Assembly: GCF_006345805.1 (NCBI RefSeq)
Contig: NC_043003.1
Span: 3,100,001 to 3,164,000, forward strand
Source of the DNA: Octopus sinensis
Taxonomy: Eukaryota
Direction of reading: 5' to 3'
Length of the DNA: 64,000 bases
Within the stretch, counting starts at the first letter, position 1; the number at the start of each line of letters is the position of its first letter. Made by a program: the position numbers and the translations under genes. This document shows, piece by piece, positions 1 through 14,143 of the stretch. The notes below the pieces were generated by a model, which saw only the letters and a program-made list of their open reading frames with translations, did not search any database and had not been told where the DNA came from.

Positions 1-2686
1 TCCTTCACTGAGCCACTGACGAAGCTCCAACAAATTCTGGGAAACATGGCAAGTCCAATGCCAGACATTATCCTCCTTGGTGACTTCAACTTCCCTAACA
101 TCATCTGGCCACATGGACACATACTAAAACTGGGGACAAAAGCTGAACAAATACAGGCAGCCAAACTGTTGGAAGTCACAGAGAAATTATACCTCAAACA
201 AATGATGACAGAAGCAACAAGAAATAATAATACGATCGACTTGGTTTTCACCAACAACGAGGACACGCTATTTGACCTTCACTCAACCCCAACAATCCTT
301 TCAGACCACAATATTATTGAAATGCATTTACACATTGGTAATGAGCCCAATGCCACAACTCTTAAACAAAAGGACATGCCAAAGCTATGCAGGTATGATT
401 ATCACCAGGCAAATTGGGAAACTATTAACAACCAGTTACAAATCATTGACTGGGATCTCTACCTTACTGGGCCAGATAAACACAAGAAATTCTTAAACAA
501 GATCGAAGAAATATGTGAAAAAAATGTTCCTCTAAAGAAAACCAAGTCCACAAAAAAACCTGTACCACGGGAGCGAAAGATCCTGATGCGCAAAAGGTCA
601 AGACTAAGAAACAAAACATCTAAGCTGACATCAAAACATGAATTACAGAAAGTCCTTGACCAAATATACAGATTAGAAGACAATCTAAAACAACACTATG
701 ATGAAGAACGTAACAATGCAGAAAAGAAAGCCATAGAAAACATCAAGAAAAATCCAAAATGTTTCTACAGTTTTGCAAAGAAATACTCGAACACCAAGTC
801 AACAATAGGACCTCTCCAGAGACAAAATGGGGATGTAGTGAATAACCTTATTGAAATGGCAGAAATGTTGGGTCAACAGTATGAAAGTGTCTTCAGTGAG
901 CCATCTAAAACCATGAAGATCCATGACCCAGGAAAATTCTTCAAGGATATCGACCATACTAAACCTACCCTATCCGACATTGATTTCAACCCAGAAGACA
1001 TAGCAAGAGCAATAGACAAGCTCTCCATGCACTCGGCTGCGGGGCCTGACGGTTTCAATGCCATGATACTTAAAAACTGCAAGGCACAATTGTCGAAACC
1101 CCTTTACATGATATGGAGGGAATCTATGGAGAATGGCAAAATACCAAATACATATAAAGAAGCACACATAACTCCAATACATAAAGGGGATAGCAAATCA
1201 AAACCAAAGAACTACCGACCAATCTCACTGACATCACACATTATCAAGGTCTTCGAAAGAATAGTTCGTGGAAAACTGGTTGAGTTCCTGGAATCCAACA
1301 ATCTGATGAATTGCAACCAGCATGGATTCAGGTTAGGTAGATCATGCCTTTCCCAACTACTGGCACACCATGACCAAATCCTAGAAAATCTAGAGAATGG
1401 ATACAACACAGATGTTATCTACCTCGACTTTGCCAAGGCATTTGACAAGGTAGATCATGGCATCCTGGGTCACAAACTTCGAAAGCTAGGAGTAGGAGGA
1501 AAAGTTGGTACATGGATACACGAGTTCCTTACAAATAGAACTCAAACAGTCACTGTGAATGGAACCCATTCAACACCATCACCTGTGACCAGCAGTGTTC
1601 CTCAGGGTACAGTACTCGGCCCAATCCTGTTTCTCATCCTCATCTCTGACATAGATGAAGATACAACCAGCAACGTCTCATCCTTTGCTGATGACACCAG
1701 GGTCATGAGACAAATCAAAGACGAGGTGGATACAGAGGCCTTACAAAAGGACCTGACCACCATATATAAATGGCAGGAAACAAACAACATGTTGTTCAAT
1801 GATAAGAAGTTTGAACTAATTCGCTACGGAACAGATCAAGATCTGAAAAATACAACAAACTACAGAAACCCATCAGGACAACAAATAATGGAAAAACAGT
1901 ATGTGAAAGATTTAGGCATCCACATGGGAACCAGCCTAAAATTCAGAGAACACCTTGACTCAGTCTGTCTTACTGCAAGAAAGTACAGCGGGTGGATCTT
2001 GCGCACCTTCAAATCAAGAGATACCTCAACAATGAAAACCCTCTGGAACAGTATGATACTTCCGAGGATTGACTACTGTTCTCAGTTGTGGTCACCAACA
2101 ACAAAGGGCCAACTATCTAAGATAGAATCGCTCCAAAGAAATTTTACCTCATACTTCTCAGAAACGAGGGACCTGGACTATTGGCAAAGACTCAAAACCT
2201 TGAGGATGTACTCAATAGAAAGAAGATTTGAGCGATACCGAATTATATACATTTGGAAAATGATAGAGCAGAAGGTGCCAAACTTTGGTATCAAAACCTA
2301 CCACTCACTGCGCCACGGAAGACGCTGCCAGCTGCCACCAATCAACAAAAAGGCTGGCCAGGCAGCAAAAACCCTGCGAGAATCAAGTCTGTTGGTTCGA
2401 GGAGCACAACTGTTCAACTCCATTCCGGTACATGTCAGAAATCTATCAGGATGCAGTGTGGAATCATTCAAATTGCAACTGGATAGATACTTAAGCACCA
2501 TTAGAGATGAACCCCATCTCCCAGGATATACACAACGAGCACAAACTGACTCAAACTCGCTCCTACACATGTCAAATTTAAGCAGAGAATACAACCTGGC
2601 AACCACACCAGACTCTGAGGGTGGAGTCTTCGACTTGGCCTGAGCATGGACTCAAACCCAAATGAAATGAAATGAAATGAAATGAA
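1..2686 (+). mobile_element. CR1-clade LINE, 5' end outside the window, with (AAATG)n tail
   Basis: The frame is open from base 1 to the stop at 2641-2643, followed by a ~16-nt 3' UTR and (AAATG)5 at 2660-2686. Confidence 0.9.
46..2643 (+). CDS. LINE ORF2: APE endonuclease C-terminal part plus reverse transcriptase
   Basis: APE motifs GDFN, IDLVF, SDHN; RT motifs AAGPDG, KNYRPISLTS, QHGFR, DFAKAFDKV, SVPQGTVLGP, FADDT, KDLG; CR1-type C-terminus (ERYRIIYIWKM...LFNSIP). No stops or frameshifts. Confidence 0.92.
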   Translation: MASPMPDIILLGDFNFPNIIWPHGHILKLGTKAEQIQAAKLLEVTEKLYLKQMMTEATRNNNTIDLVFTNNEDTLFDLHSTPTILSDHNIIEMHLHIGNEPNATTLKQKDMPKLCRYDYHQANWETINNQLQIIDWDLYLTGPDKHKKFLNKIEEICEKNVPLKKTKSTKKPVPRERKILMRKRSRLRNKTSKLTSKHELQKVLDQIYRLEDNLKQHYDEERNNAEKKAIENIKKNPKCFYSFAKKYSNTKSTIGPLQRQNGDVVNNLIEMAEMLGQQYESVFSEPSKTMKIHDPGKFFKDIDHTKPTLSDIDFNPEDIARAIDKLSMHSAAGPDGFNAMILKNCKAQLSKPLYMIWRESMENGKIPNTYKEAHITPIHKGDSKSKPKNYRPISLTSHIIKVFERIVRGKLVEFLESNNLMNCNQHGFRLGRSCLSQLLAHHDQILENLENGYNTDVIYLDFAKAFDKVDHGILGHKLRKLGVGGKVGTWIHEFLTNRTQTVTVNGTHSTPSPVTSSVPQGTVLGPILFLILISDIDEDTTSNVSSFADDTRVMRQIKDEVDTEALQKDLTTIYKWQETNNMLFNDKKFELIRYGTDQDLKNTTNYRNPSGQQIMEKQYVKDLGIHMGTSLKFREHLDSVCLTARKYSGWILRTFKSRDTSTMKTLWNSMILPRIDYCSQLWSPTTKGQLSKIESLQRNFTSYFSETRDLDYWQRLKTLRMYSIERRFERYRIIYIWKMIEQKVPNFGIKTYHSLRHGRRCQLPPINKKAGQAAKTLRESSLLVRGAQLFNSIPVHVRNLSGCSVESFKLQLDRYLSTIRDEPHLPGYTQRAQTDSNSLLHMSNLSREYNLATTPDSEGGVFDLA

Positions 2687-4037
2687 GAACCATTGACTTA
2701 AAGGCGTCTTTGAACCACTCATCGCTCCTTTTCTCATTATGCCTCCCTCCCAGATTTCACTCTGACCATTACATCCAGAAATTTCCTTCCCAGAATACAG
2801 CTCCTCTGGAATCCCCACCCTCTAAATGCCATCGAATTGCAACAGTTTGAGGGAACGCTGGCATCATCATTCTCACAAGTCTCGTAGGGCCTGAGAGGGA
2901 CACTACTCCTTCCTTCAGGCCAAACTAAAACAAAAAAGAAAGTAAAGGTTTGCTTGTTGATGGTTTTCGATGAAAAGGGGAGACAACTCTGAGTAGTTTA
3001 GGCCGTATTATGACCTCATTAGCAAAGCATATAAACTTCACTGTATTCGCCGAAGTAGAGACTACAGTGTCAGTAAATGTCTAAGGTCGAATGTAAAAAA
3101 AAAATAATGTAGCATTTATATGCACCAGCTTAACTAATAATGGTGAATAATTAACTTCCATTATTTTGTTTTTGTTTGTTTATATAAATGAGAAAGTTTA
3201 ACAAGAGTTTGAAAGACATGTGTTGAAGATAAAGTTCTTAATATGGTAAATACTGGAATTTATCGACCGAAATCTTGATGAAGCATCACTAAGCATAAAC
3301 AGAAAACAGTGAGTTCACTGATTCTAGTTTCCCTCGCCAACATGAATTCTCCACTGTGTTCGACTTATCTCTTATCTCTTCCCCACTCCCTCCATTATCC
3401 GCAAATGTAGCATTTATGATATTTTAAACAAGGCATTTCTTTCACGAACGATATTCTCACTGACTTTATGATAATGTTGGGCACAACCTACTTTTGGAAC
3501 CCATGGCATGAGACTAATTAAGAAAGAAAGAACAGCTTAAATTAGTTATCTTTCTATGGCCTCTGTGTGTAGATTCGCTTCCCATCTGTTTCCTCGCCTT
3601 TTCTATATAAATATATTTTCCCCCTCTTATAATTCTTTCATCTGGGTAATTTGTTAAGTAATAATATATTCTTGCATTTTCATTGAACTTAAGAAATATT
3701 ATTGTGTGGGCTTGGATATTAATTTTTTTTTTGTTTTGATCATCAAGGTTAACAGGCCATACTGGAACAATTTTCTTCCCATTAAAGCAAAACTATATTT
3801 CTTTTTGTTATAAATAACGTCTTCATATCTTTTCATTTTTTCCCTCAGATGTTGTTTTAACTCATAAATTCAACCAGGATTATCAAATTTATCTTGACAA
3901 TTAATGAGTTTGTTTACTCTTTGGCATTACCGTTTTTTTCTTTTTCCTTTTTTGTCCAAAAAGTGTGAAATCTTTATATAAAAATAGCCTACAATACACT
4001 CGTGGGAGTTGGTAAACAAGAGCATGTGTGGATTTTG

Positions 4038-4152
4038 TGCGCACGCGTATCTAATTAAAGTTCCACAGAATTATTCTTCTGGCCTATTTACTTAGCACCA
4101 AGTGACAGAGCCTGACACATTCAATGAACTCTCTTCATATGTCCGCTAAAAG
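4038..4152 (+). promoter_or_regulatory. Possible promoter and non-coding first exon
   Basis: Local CpG cluster with TGCGCACGCG (NRF1-like) at 4038-4047 and a donor AAG|gttagt after 4152. Stops occur in all three frames. Confidence 0.25.
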
Positions 4153-4833
4153 GTTAGTATTTCACTTTTTCACTGTACAATTACTTTCAATGGTTTTTTT
4201 TCCGACGTATTTCCATGTATAGTCACCGTTTTACTCGATATAATTGGTAGATCCATGCGCTTTCCAGAACCTGTTTTCACACAAAATGTAAGGTGGGAAA
4301 AATACACGAAAATGGAAGATATTCTGTGACAAAAACGAAACAAATTACGATAGAATTCTTTTCATATTCCTTTTATTGACTTGATCATAAAAAAGTGAGA
4401 ATTCTTATTAGATTTATATATTGAAAAGGAGTTTGACGAACTTTTTGTTTAGAAATTTAAAACTTTTCCTAATTCTAGTTTTGGGTCGGAAAAAAATAAT
4501 ATTCTTAGAAATATCCTTCCAGTTTTTCTTAGAATTATCAATATATTTACACACGTTTTTTTTTTTTTCTGTGTTCTTGTATTTTAATGGACAAAAACAT
4601 TGAAATTGCTCAACAAGCAGTTGTAATAAAGTTTGTGGGTCATATATTACATAGGTATGCAACAAGTATCCATATACCTTAATAGGTTTTAATAATGGTT
4701 TAGATATGAATGGAAAATCTCAGAATATTCTTCTTCTGTCATTGCTACATCAAGTGTCTGTCACAGACCCAGCAAACGCCCACTTAAATAGCAACGGATG
4801 TCATCCAGTCATGTCGCAATAGAAATGAACTGC

Positions 4834-5365
<532 letters not shown>

Positions 5366-5394
5366 TATGCATATCATATCATATATATATATAT

Positions 5395-5791
5395 AACTAG
5401 CAGTATCGCCCGGCGTTGCTCGGATTTGTAAGGGAAATAACTATATAAGCATTTTTAGAGAGTTATAGCCAAAAAATAGCAAAAAAATGCAATAAAAATG
5501 GAAAAAAATGATGGTAAATTTTTTTTAAATCGTTGACTCATCGTAGACATTTTTAGAGAGTTACTTACCTTATATAATAGCGAAAAAATGCATTAAAATG
5601 GAAAAAAATGATGGTAAATTTTTTTTTAAATCGTAGACTCATCGTAGACGCGCGCTAATACCCAGAAGGGCTCGATATGAATCACGACTATAAGATACCT
5701 GGTTTTGGTTAAACTGCACCGCAAAATGTGGGAGTAGTTAGGAATCAAATCGTAGGAGACAGCCACTCAACTTCACTTTTATATATAAAGA
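5395..5791 (+). mobile_element. Non-autonomous Helitron-like element with an internal ~100-bp duplication
   Basis: Starts ACTAGC..CCCGGCGTTGCTCGG and ends CTTTTATATATAAAGAT, resembling Lep1-type ends. The same start occurs at 7172 and 8135. Confidence 0.45.
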
Positions 5792-6058
5792 TGTATGTGT
5801 GTGTAGTCAGCAGAGATTACATACGACTAATAATCGGCTAAAATGGAGTGACTCAAAGGCCAAGAGTTTCGTGAATCGGCATTTATCAAACCGTTTGATA
5901 AGCGGCAATGCACGAAACGCTCGGCCTTTGAACCACTCTGTAACATTTGCCGTTTATTATCGATCAAAATATTCAGATTTTGACTTCTATTTTCCTGTTT
6001 GCATCACCATGGGTGAACAAAAACAGCTCTGCAGATGAATGAACTCACACTGCCCATG

Positions 6059-6102
<44 letters not shown>

Positions 6103-6104
<2 letters not shown>

Positions 6105-7160
6105 GGCACATAACAAACACCATCCGATCGTGGCCGTTCGCCAGCCTCATCTGGCACCTGTGTCAGTGGCACATAAAAACACCATCCGAAGACCCGGCAA
6201 GACTAGTCAGGCCATAACCCGTGGCCCCTACCTGGGACGTAGTCAGTCCACCTGTGCATACCTTCCTTCTTGTGACACTTGTGAAGACCTGTTGAGGCAA
6301 GTGAAAATCAAATCAAATCAAATCAAATCAAAATAGATGAACATCAATGGAATTTGTATCTTTGCGGTACCAGTGCCGGTGGCACACAAGAAAACCATCC
6401 GAACGTGGCCGTAGCCAGTACCGCATCGACTGGCCTCCGTGCTGTGGGCACGTAACAAACACCATCCGATCGTGGCCGTTCGCCAGCCTCATCTGGCACC
6501 TGTGTCAGTGGCACATAAAAACACCATCCGAAGACCCGGCAAGACTAGTCAGGCCATAACCCGTGGCCCCTACCTGGGACGTAGTCAGTCCACCTGTGCA
6601 TACCTTCCTTCTTGTGACACTTGTGAAGACCTGTTGAGGCAAGTGAAAATCAAAATCAAATCAAAACAAATCAAAATAGATGAACATCAATGGAATTTGT
6701 ATCTTTGTGGTACCAGTGCCGGTGGCACACAAGAAAATCATCCGAACGTGGCCGTAGCCAGTACCGCATAGACTGGCCTCCGTGCTTTGGGGACGTGACA
6801 AACACCATCCGATCGTGGCCGTCCGCCAGCCTCATCTGGCACCTGTGTCGGTGGCACATAAAAACACCATCCGAGCGTGGCCGTCTGCCAGCCTCGTCTG
6901 GCACCTGTGTCGGTGGCACATAAAAACACCATCCGAGCGTGGCCGTTCGCCAGCCTCGTCTGGCACCTGTGTCGGTGGCACATAAAATCACCCACTACAC
7001 TCTCGGAGTGGTTGGCGTTAGGAAGGGCATCCAGCTGTAGAAACACTGCCAGATCTGACTGGCCTGGTGCAGCCTTCAGGCTCCCCAGACCCCAGTTGAA
7101 CCGTCCAACCCATGCTAGCATGGAAAACGGACGCTAAATGATGATGATGATGATGATGAT
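6103..7160 (+). mobile_element. RTE 3' UTR concatemer (342-nt unit repeated) with (GAT)n tail, inserted in (TA)n
   Basis: Matches 47275-47910. The junction ccatccga|agacccggcaagactag occurs identically at 6190 and 6532. Confidence 0.85.
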
Positions 7161-7171
7161 ATATATATATA

Positions 7172-7556
7172 TACTAGCACTATGACCCGGTGTTGCCAGG
7201 TCATAGTGCTAGTGCATGCATATACAGCTGCGTGCATGTGCACATACTCGCGAGTACTGTCCAAATCTCCAACCAATCACATACAGCTAGCAGGCATTCA
7301 ATTGGTGTATCAAGTTTCGGGCATTTTGATTGGGTTTTGGATAGAAAATTCACAAAAAAGTCACTTTTATTGATTTTTTAATGGCTTTGTGGGGTGACTG
7401 GGGAAATGAAAAGATGTGCACGACCACCCTTGGACGGTTTTGAATGACCATAGAAAGCCCTCTAACTGCGAGCCCTCTAACTGAAAAATTGTGGATTTGT
7501 ATAAAGGATACACACACACAGACAGACATTTTGCCGTTTATATATAGAGAGATATA
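7172..7556 (+). mobile_element. Non-autonomous Helitron-like element
   Basis: Starts ACTAGC..CCCGGTGTTGCCAGG and ends GTTTATATATAGAGAGAT. Confidence 0.4.
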
Positions 7557-7608
7557 GATACATTAGCCTGTTACCCTTTCAGTATTCAAGACCCGTTTAT
7601 TGTCACAG

Positions 7609-7668
7609 GAACTCCCCATGTTTATATTGCTGCCAACCAGAAAGAATTCCAGACCAAACTCATTCAAG
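7609..7668 (+). other. Candidate 60-nt exon, possibly 5' UTR of the 19518 gene
   Basis: Acceptor gtttattgtcacag, donor CAAG|gtatgc; open in all three frames (phase 1 reads TPHVYIAANQKEFQTKLIQ). Confidence 0.3.
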
Positions 7669-7694
7669 GTATGCATATGTATTATGTAACTTAC

Positions 7695-7762
7695 ATCCTT
7701 CACATAATATTCATGTCTTCCTGCATTCTCAGTGCTTCGAGTTTGAATAATTTCAGCTGCAT
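7695..7762 (-). pseudogene. KAT8: Isolated KAT8/MOF-like chromo-barrel (Tudor-knot) exon with apparent 7-nt deletion
   Basis: Acceptor ttttcacctgccaatcag, donor gtaagt. Reads xAAEIIQTRSTENAGRHEYYV, versus recalled human MOF [25 protein letters not shown]. The expected HYEG is collapsed to AAGGAT. Confidence 0.6.
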
Positions 7763-7779
7763 CTGATTGGCAGGTGAAA

Positions 7780-8075
7780 AGACATTTGAGCGAGGTCGTT
7801 GCCAGTGCCACTGGACTGGCTCCTGTGCAGGTGGCACATAAAAAGCACCATTTCGAGCATGGCTGTTGCCAGTACTGCCTGACTGGCCTTTGTGCCGGTG
7901 GCACGTAAAAGCACTCACTACACTCTCGGAGTGGTTGGCGTTAGGAAGGGCATCCAGCTGTAGAAACTCTGCCAGATCAGACTGGAGCCTGGTGCAGCCA
8001 TCTGGTTTGCTAGTCCTCAGTCAAATCGTCCAACCCATGCTAGCATGGAAAGTGGACGTTAAACGATGATGATGA
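7780..8075 (+). mobile_element. RTE 3' tail fragment
   Basis: GGTTGGCGTTAGGAAGGGCATCCAGCTGTAG ... (GAT)n, followed by (TA)n. Confidence 0.85.
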
Positions 8076-8076
8076 T

Positions 8077-8123
<47 letters not shown>

Positions 8124-8695
8124 CATACACATATACTAGCAGAGATACCCGGCATTGCCCGCATTACATGCAATTGAAGAATTAGACATTTCTGTTATAT
8201 TTTCTCTAATAAACTGGAATACCTATGATTTGAATTTCATCAAAATTGCAAATGAGGGTTCTTTCCCTCTTCACACACCCTAAAAAAATTCTAATTATGA
8301 CACATGTATCCCATACTACTGATCCAGTCTTATGGAACCTGTTAAATGGATTTTGCTCCTGAAAATTGTAGGTTATTGAGCTCTAAAATGTGGGAGTTAA
8401 GGCCCCTATTGGGGGTGGGTGTCTTAATGTCAACCAGAGAAGTTGAATTGTTGAGAATCTTTTTAACTTGGTTTGTATATCTATTGTTATGAATTTCTTC
8501 GAAATAGGAAATATATGTTCACTGGTTTTGTAAAAGAGAGCAAAGCTACAGGAAACCAAAAGACGAATGATCACAATAAGCAGTCAGTTACCCTACCCTA
8601 GTTGTTACCACTCCCAGTGTAGGATTCCTCACCATACAGGTATCAATGCAGCAAGATTGGCGCTGAGGTACATGTTGCAAACCATTTTCAAAATA

Positions 8696-8913
8696 CAGCA
8701 TTCCCTCAACTATCACGGGTGTTACGTTCCAAAACCCGCAGCAATAGGTGAAAATCCTTGAAGTAGAAACAGTACTGTCTATTTTTTTAATCATTTTTAT
8801 AATTTTTATGTATTTATTTTATTTATAAATGCAAAACCACACCACGGAGGAATCGACGTAAGCTCAAATAAGAAACTGCGATAGGTGAACCACGATATGG
8901 CGAGGGATTTCTG
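8696..8913. mobile_element. Tigger/pogo-type MITE
   Basis: TA flanks with imperfect TIRs CAGCATTCCCTCAACTATC / GATATGGCGAGGGATTTCTG. Confidence 0.65.
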
Positions 8914-10380
8914 TAAAAAGAAAATATCCAAATCTTATATGTCAGCTGGATAATGAAAATGTAAGAAATAAACAAAACAAACATTTAAAAATAAAACTAA
9001 AAGTCCACATTTAAAAAATATTAAATTTATTAAAATTTTTTTCCTTCCCACAAGTGTTCAGACTATCAGGTGTTTTTGTGTGGGGGGGGGACTCTCTTCA
9101 ATGGATTTCTCTAGAAATTCCCTAAGCTGTAACAATTCCCCAATCTAGATTTGTTTTGTGAACTCATTTGGTACCAATCATATATTTTACTGTTGTCTTA
9201 GGCATGTTCTTCAAACCCAAATGCTTGGATGAAATAAGAAAAGCTGGGATAGAAGAAGGGTGACACAGCTGCCCATTGGAAGAACAGATCCTAGAACATA
9301 AGTGGTGAATGGATAGGCCAAACTTTAAGGAAATCAGCATCCTACATTACATGTTAGGCCCTGACTGGATCCCACAAGGAAGGTTGGCAAGAGCTAAAAA
9401 TAGTTGAAAGCAGAACTGAAAAAGCAGGGATCCAACTGAAGAGAAGCAGGAAAGACATCCCAGAGTGAAGGACAACGGAGAAAAGTCGTCAATGACCTAA
9501 GCTCCATTGTGACTGATCCTGTTTGTAGGGTACAAACTTCTTGATTAAAGTTTAGTTATTTTACTAAATTGTTTGTTATTTTCAAATTTAATTGAAACTA
9601 AACCAGTGCCTCTCAACAGAACCATGGCAACAAAAGTGTTAAAAGCATTTGCTTGCATAACTTTTTACATATGAAAACTTAGGATCTGTTCCAAATAAGG
9701 AGACATTTATGCAAGATTGGACATGATCGACCAGGATAACTTTCTATTTATTTCATTCTTTCTCAAATCAAAATATGATATTACTACTTTTAGGATTAAC
9801 AACAAGGTCGATAATCTCTGAAGCAAAGTTATTTAGGTTTAATTCAGGATTGTTGTTCACTGCAATTTAATCAATGATGTCTTTATCTTTGAACATCATA
9901 ATGGATTTCCTACGGACATTGTTTGTTCTGTATTCTATTTCTTTTGTAATCTACCTTACATCAAAGCTCTCAAAATCTTTTTCATCTTCTCCACTAGGAA
10001 TTAAATCGTTAAACAAAACAATAGCTCAGAATGCTTCAATACTCTTCAAATCACCTGCAGGTTTGACATAAGATTGCGTGACAGCAACCCCAAAATGCAC
10101 ATCCTTGATTATAGATTGGGTCATAAAGTGGGGGACAGAAATTTGAATGTTGCTTATAGTTTCTCATCAGAGAGAAATGGTATTGGCTGGCAGATATAAC
10201 TAAATATATTTCCACAGTCTAAAACTCACTAAACTTTGGCCTTCAGGCTAAACTTGAGTAGACTTTTGTCTCTGATATAAAAAAAAGCAAACACAGACTC
10301 CTGAAGACTCTCAGATCAAACATCTTGAAGATAAAAACCATACCAAAATGTGTGTCTATCCATTTTTCTATCTACTACCT

Positions 10381-12104
<1,724 letters not shown>

Positions 12105-12540
12105 AAGCCTGCTGTGCTTACCTTGGATCATAGGGCGACCTGCTGTGCTTGAGGAGACCTATTGAGTCAAGTACATCAACATCTAAATAAAAATCAAATA
12201 GAAATTGTAGTTGTGATACCTGTACGGTGGCACTTAAAGAGCACCATCCGAGTGGGGCCGATGCTAGTACCTCCTTGACTGGCTTCCGTGCCGGCGGCAC
12301 GTAAAAAGAACCAACCAATCATTGTCGCTGCCAGCCTCCCATGGCACCTGTGCCAATGGCACAGAAAAAGCACCCACTACACTCACGGAGTGGTTGGCAT
12401 TAGGAAGGGCATCCAGCTGTAGAAACACTGCCAGATCAGATTGGAGCCTGGTGCAGCCTCTGGCTTCCCAGACCCTGGTCAAACCGTCCAACCCATGTTA
12501 GCATGGAAAACGGACATTAAATGATGATGATGATGATGCA
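12105..12540 (+). mobile_element. RTE 3' UTR fragment
   Basis: Family tail motifs and (GAT)n. Confidence 0.8.
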
Positions 12541-12561
12541 TATGTATGTATGTATGTATAC

Positions 12562-13440
12562 ATATATATATGTATGATGCATGTGTACGTACAGCCATGC
12601 TACATGGTAGTGAAACATGGACTGTGACTGCTGAGGATATGCGTAAGCTCGCAAGAAATGAAGCCAGTATGCTCCGATGGATGTGTAATGTCAGTACTCA
12701 TACTCGGCAGAGTGTAAGTACCTTGAAGGAAAAGTTGGACCTAAGAAGCATCAGTTGTGGTGTGCAAGAGAGACGTCTGCGCTGGTATGGGCATGTGACG
12801 AGAATAGGTGAAGATAGTTGTGTGTAAAAGTTGAGGGAACCTGTGGAAGAGGTAGACCCAGGAAAACCTGGGACGAGGTGGTGAAGCACGACCTTCGAAC
12901 TTTAGGTCTCACCAAGGAAATGACTAGAGACCGAGACCTATGGAAGTATGCTGTGCGTGAGAAGACATGGCAAGACCAGTGAGAACAGTCAAAATCAAAA
13001 TCAAACCAAATCAAATCAGATATCAGAAAGCAGAACCAAAATTGAGGCCGATCAACATCAGTGGAAATTGCAGCTGTGGTTAAGCGAATCATCCGATCAT
13101 TGTCGGCACCGCCCCGTCTGGCCTCCGTGCCGGTGGCACGTAAAAGCACCATCTGTTCGTGTCTGTTGCCAGCCTCGCCTGGCCCCCGTGCCAGTGGCAC
13201 GTAAAAGCACCATCCGTTCGTGGCCGTTTGCCAGCTCTGTCTGGCACCTGTGCAGGTGGCACGTAAAAAGCACCCACTACACTCACGGAGTTGTTGGCGT
13301 TAGGAAGGGCATCCAGCCGTAGAAACACTGCCAGATCTGACTGGGCCTGATGAAGCCTTCCGGCTTCACAGACCCCAGTTGAACCGTCCAACCCATGCTA
13401 GCATGGAAAACGGACGCTAAATGATGATGATGATGATTAT
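12562..13440 (+). mobile_element. 5'-truncated RTE (ORF C-terminus plus 3' UTR)
   Basis: YDACVRTAMLHGSETW...RRLRWYGHV...RGRPRKTW, same family as 44103-47293. Confidence 0.9.
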
Positions 13441-13464
13441 GATGATACATGCATATGTATATAT

Positions 13465-13756
13465 ATCATCATCATTCATCATCATCATTATCGTTTAATG
13501 ACCGCTTTCCATGCTGGCATGGGTTGGACAGTTCAACCGGGGTCTGGAAAGCCAGAAGGCTGCACCAGGCCCAGTCTGATCTGGCAGTGTTTCTACAGAT
13601 GGATGTCCTTCCTAACGCCAACCACTCAGAGATGGTAGTGGGTGCTTTTACGTGCCACCAGCATATACACATATACATACGCATATTTACATATATAAAT
13701 ACTTATATATATATACATATATACACATATACGTATATCTATACACATACACATGT

Positions 13757-13823
<67 letters not shown>

Positions 13824-14023
13824 TATATATACACAGATATACATATACACACACATACATATATATACACACACATATATATACACACACACATACATAT
13901 ACACACATATATATATATACAAACACACACATACATATATATACACACACATATATATATAGATACACACACATACATATATACACATATATACAGATAT
14001 ATATATGTACACACACACACTGG

Positions 14024-14078
<55 letters not shown>

Positions 14079-14079
14079 G

Positions 14080-14143
<64 letters not shown>

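Noticed and set aside
12-50. Hammerhead-like GCCA-CTGACGA...GAAA-CA-TGGC
   Set aside because: No room for stem III or the UH triplet; it lies in the LINE coding frame.
6800-6990. CRISPR-like regularly spaced repeats
   Set aside because: Units are full-length tandem copies with no unique spacers, in a eukaryotic LINE 3' UTR, with no cas genes.
9950-10070. Minus-strand exon-like segment (GDLKSIEAF*...SGEDEKDFESFD)
   Set aside because: In-frame stop; the acidic DFESF ending looks more like a decayed DNA-transposase C-terminus.
10155-10180. Minus-strand CTGATGAGAAAC
   Set aside because: No stem II and no stem I/III pairing.
13345-13372. CTGATGA-AGCC-TTCC-GGCT in the RTE tail (also near 48938)
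   Set aside because: No GAAA or stem III follows, and most family copies read CTGGTGCAGCC here.
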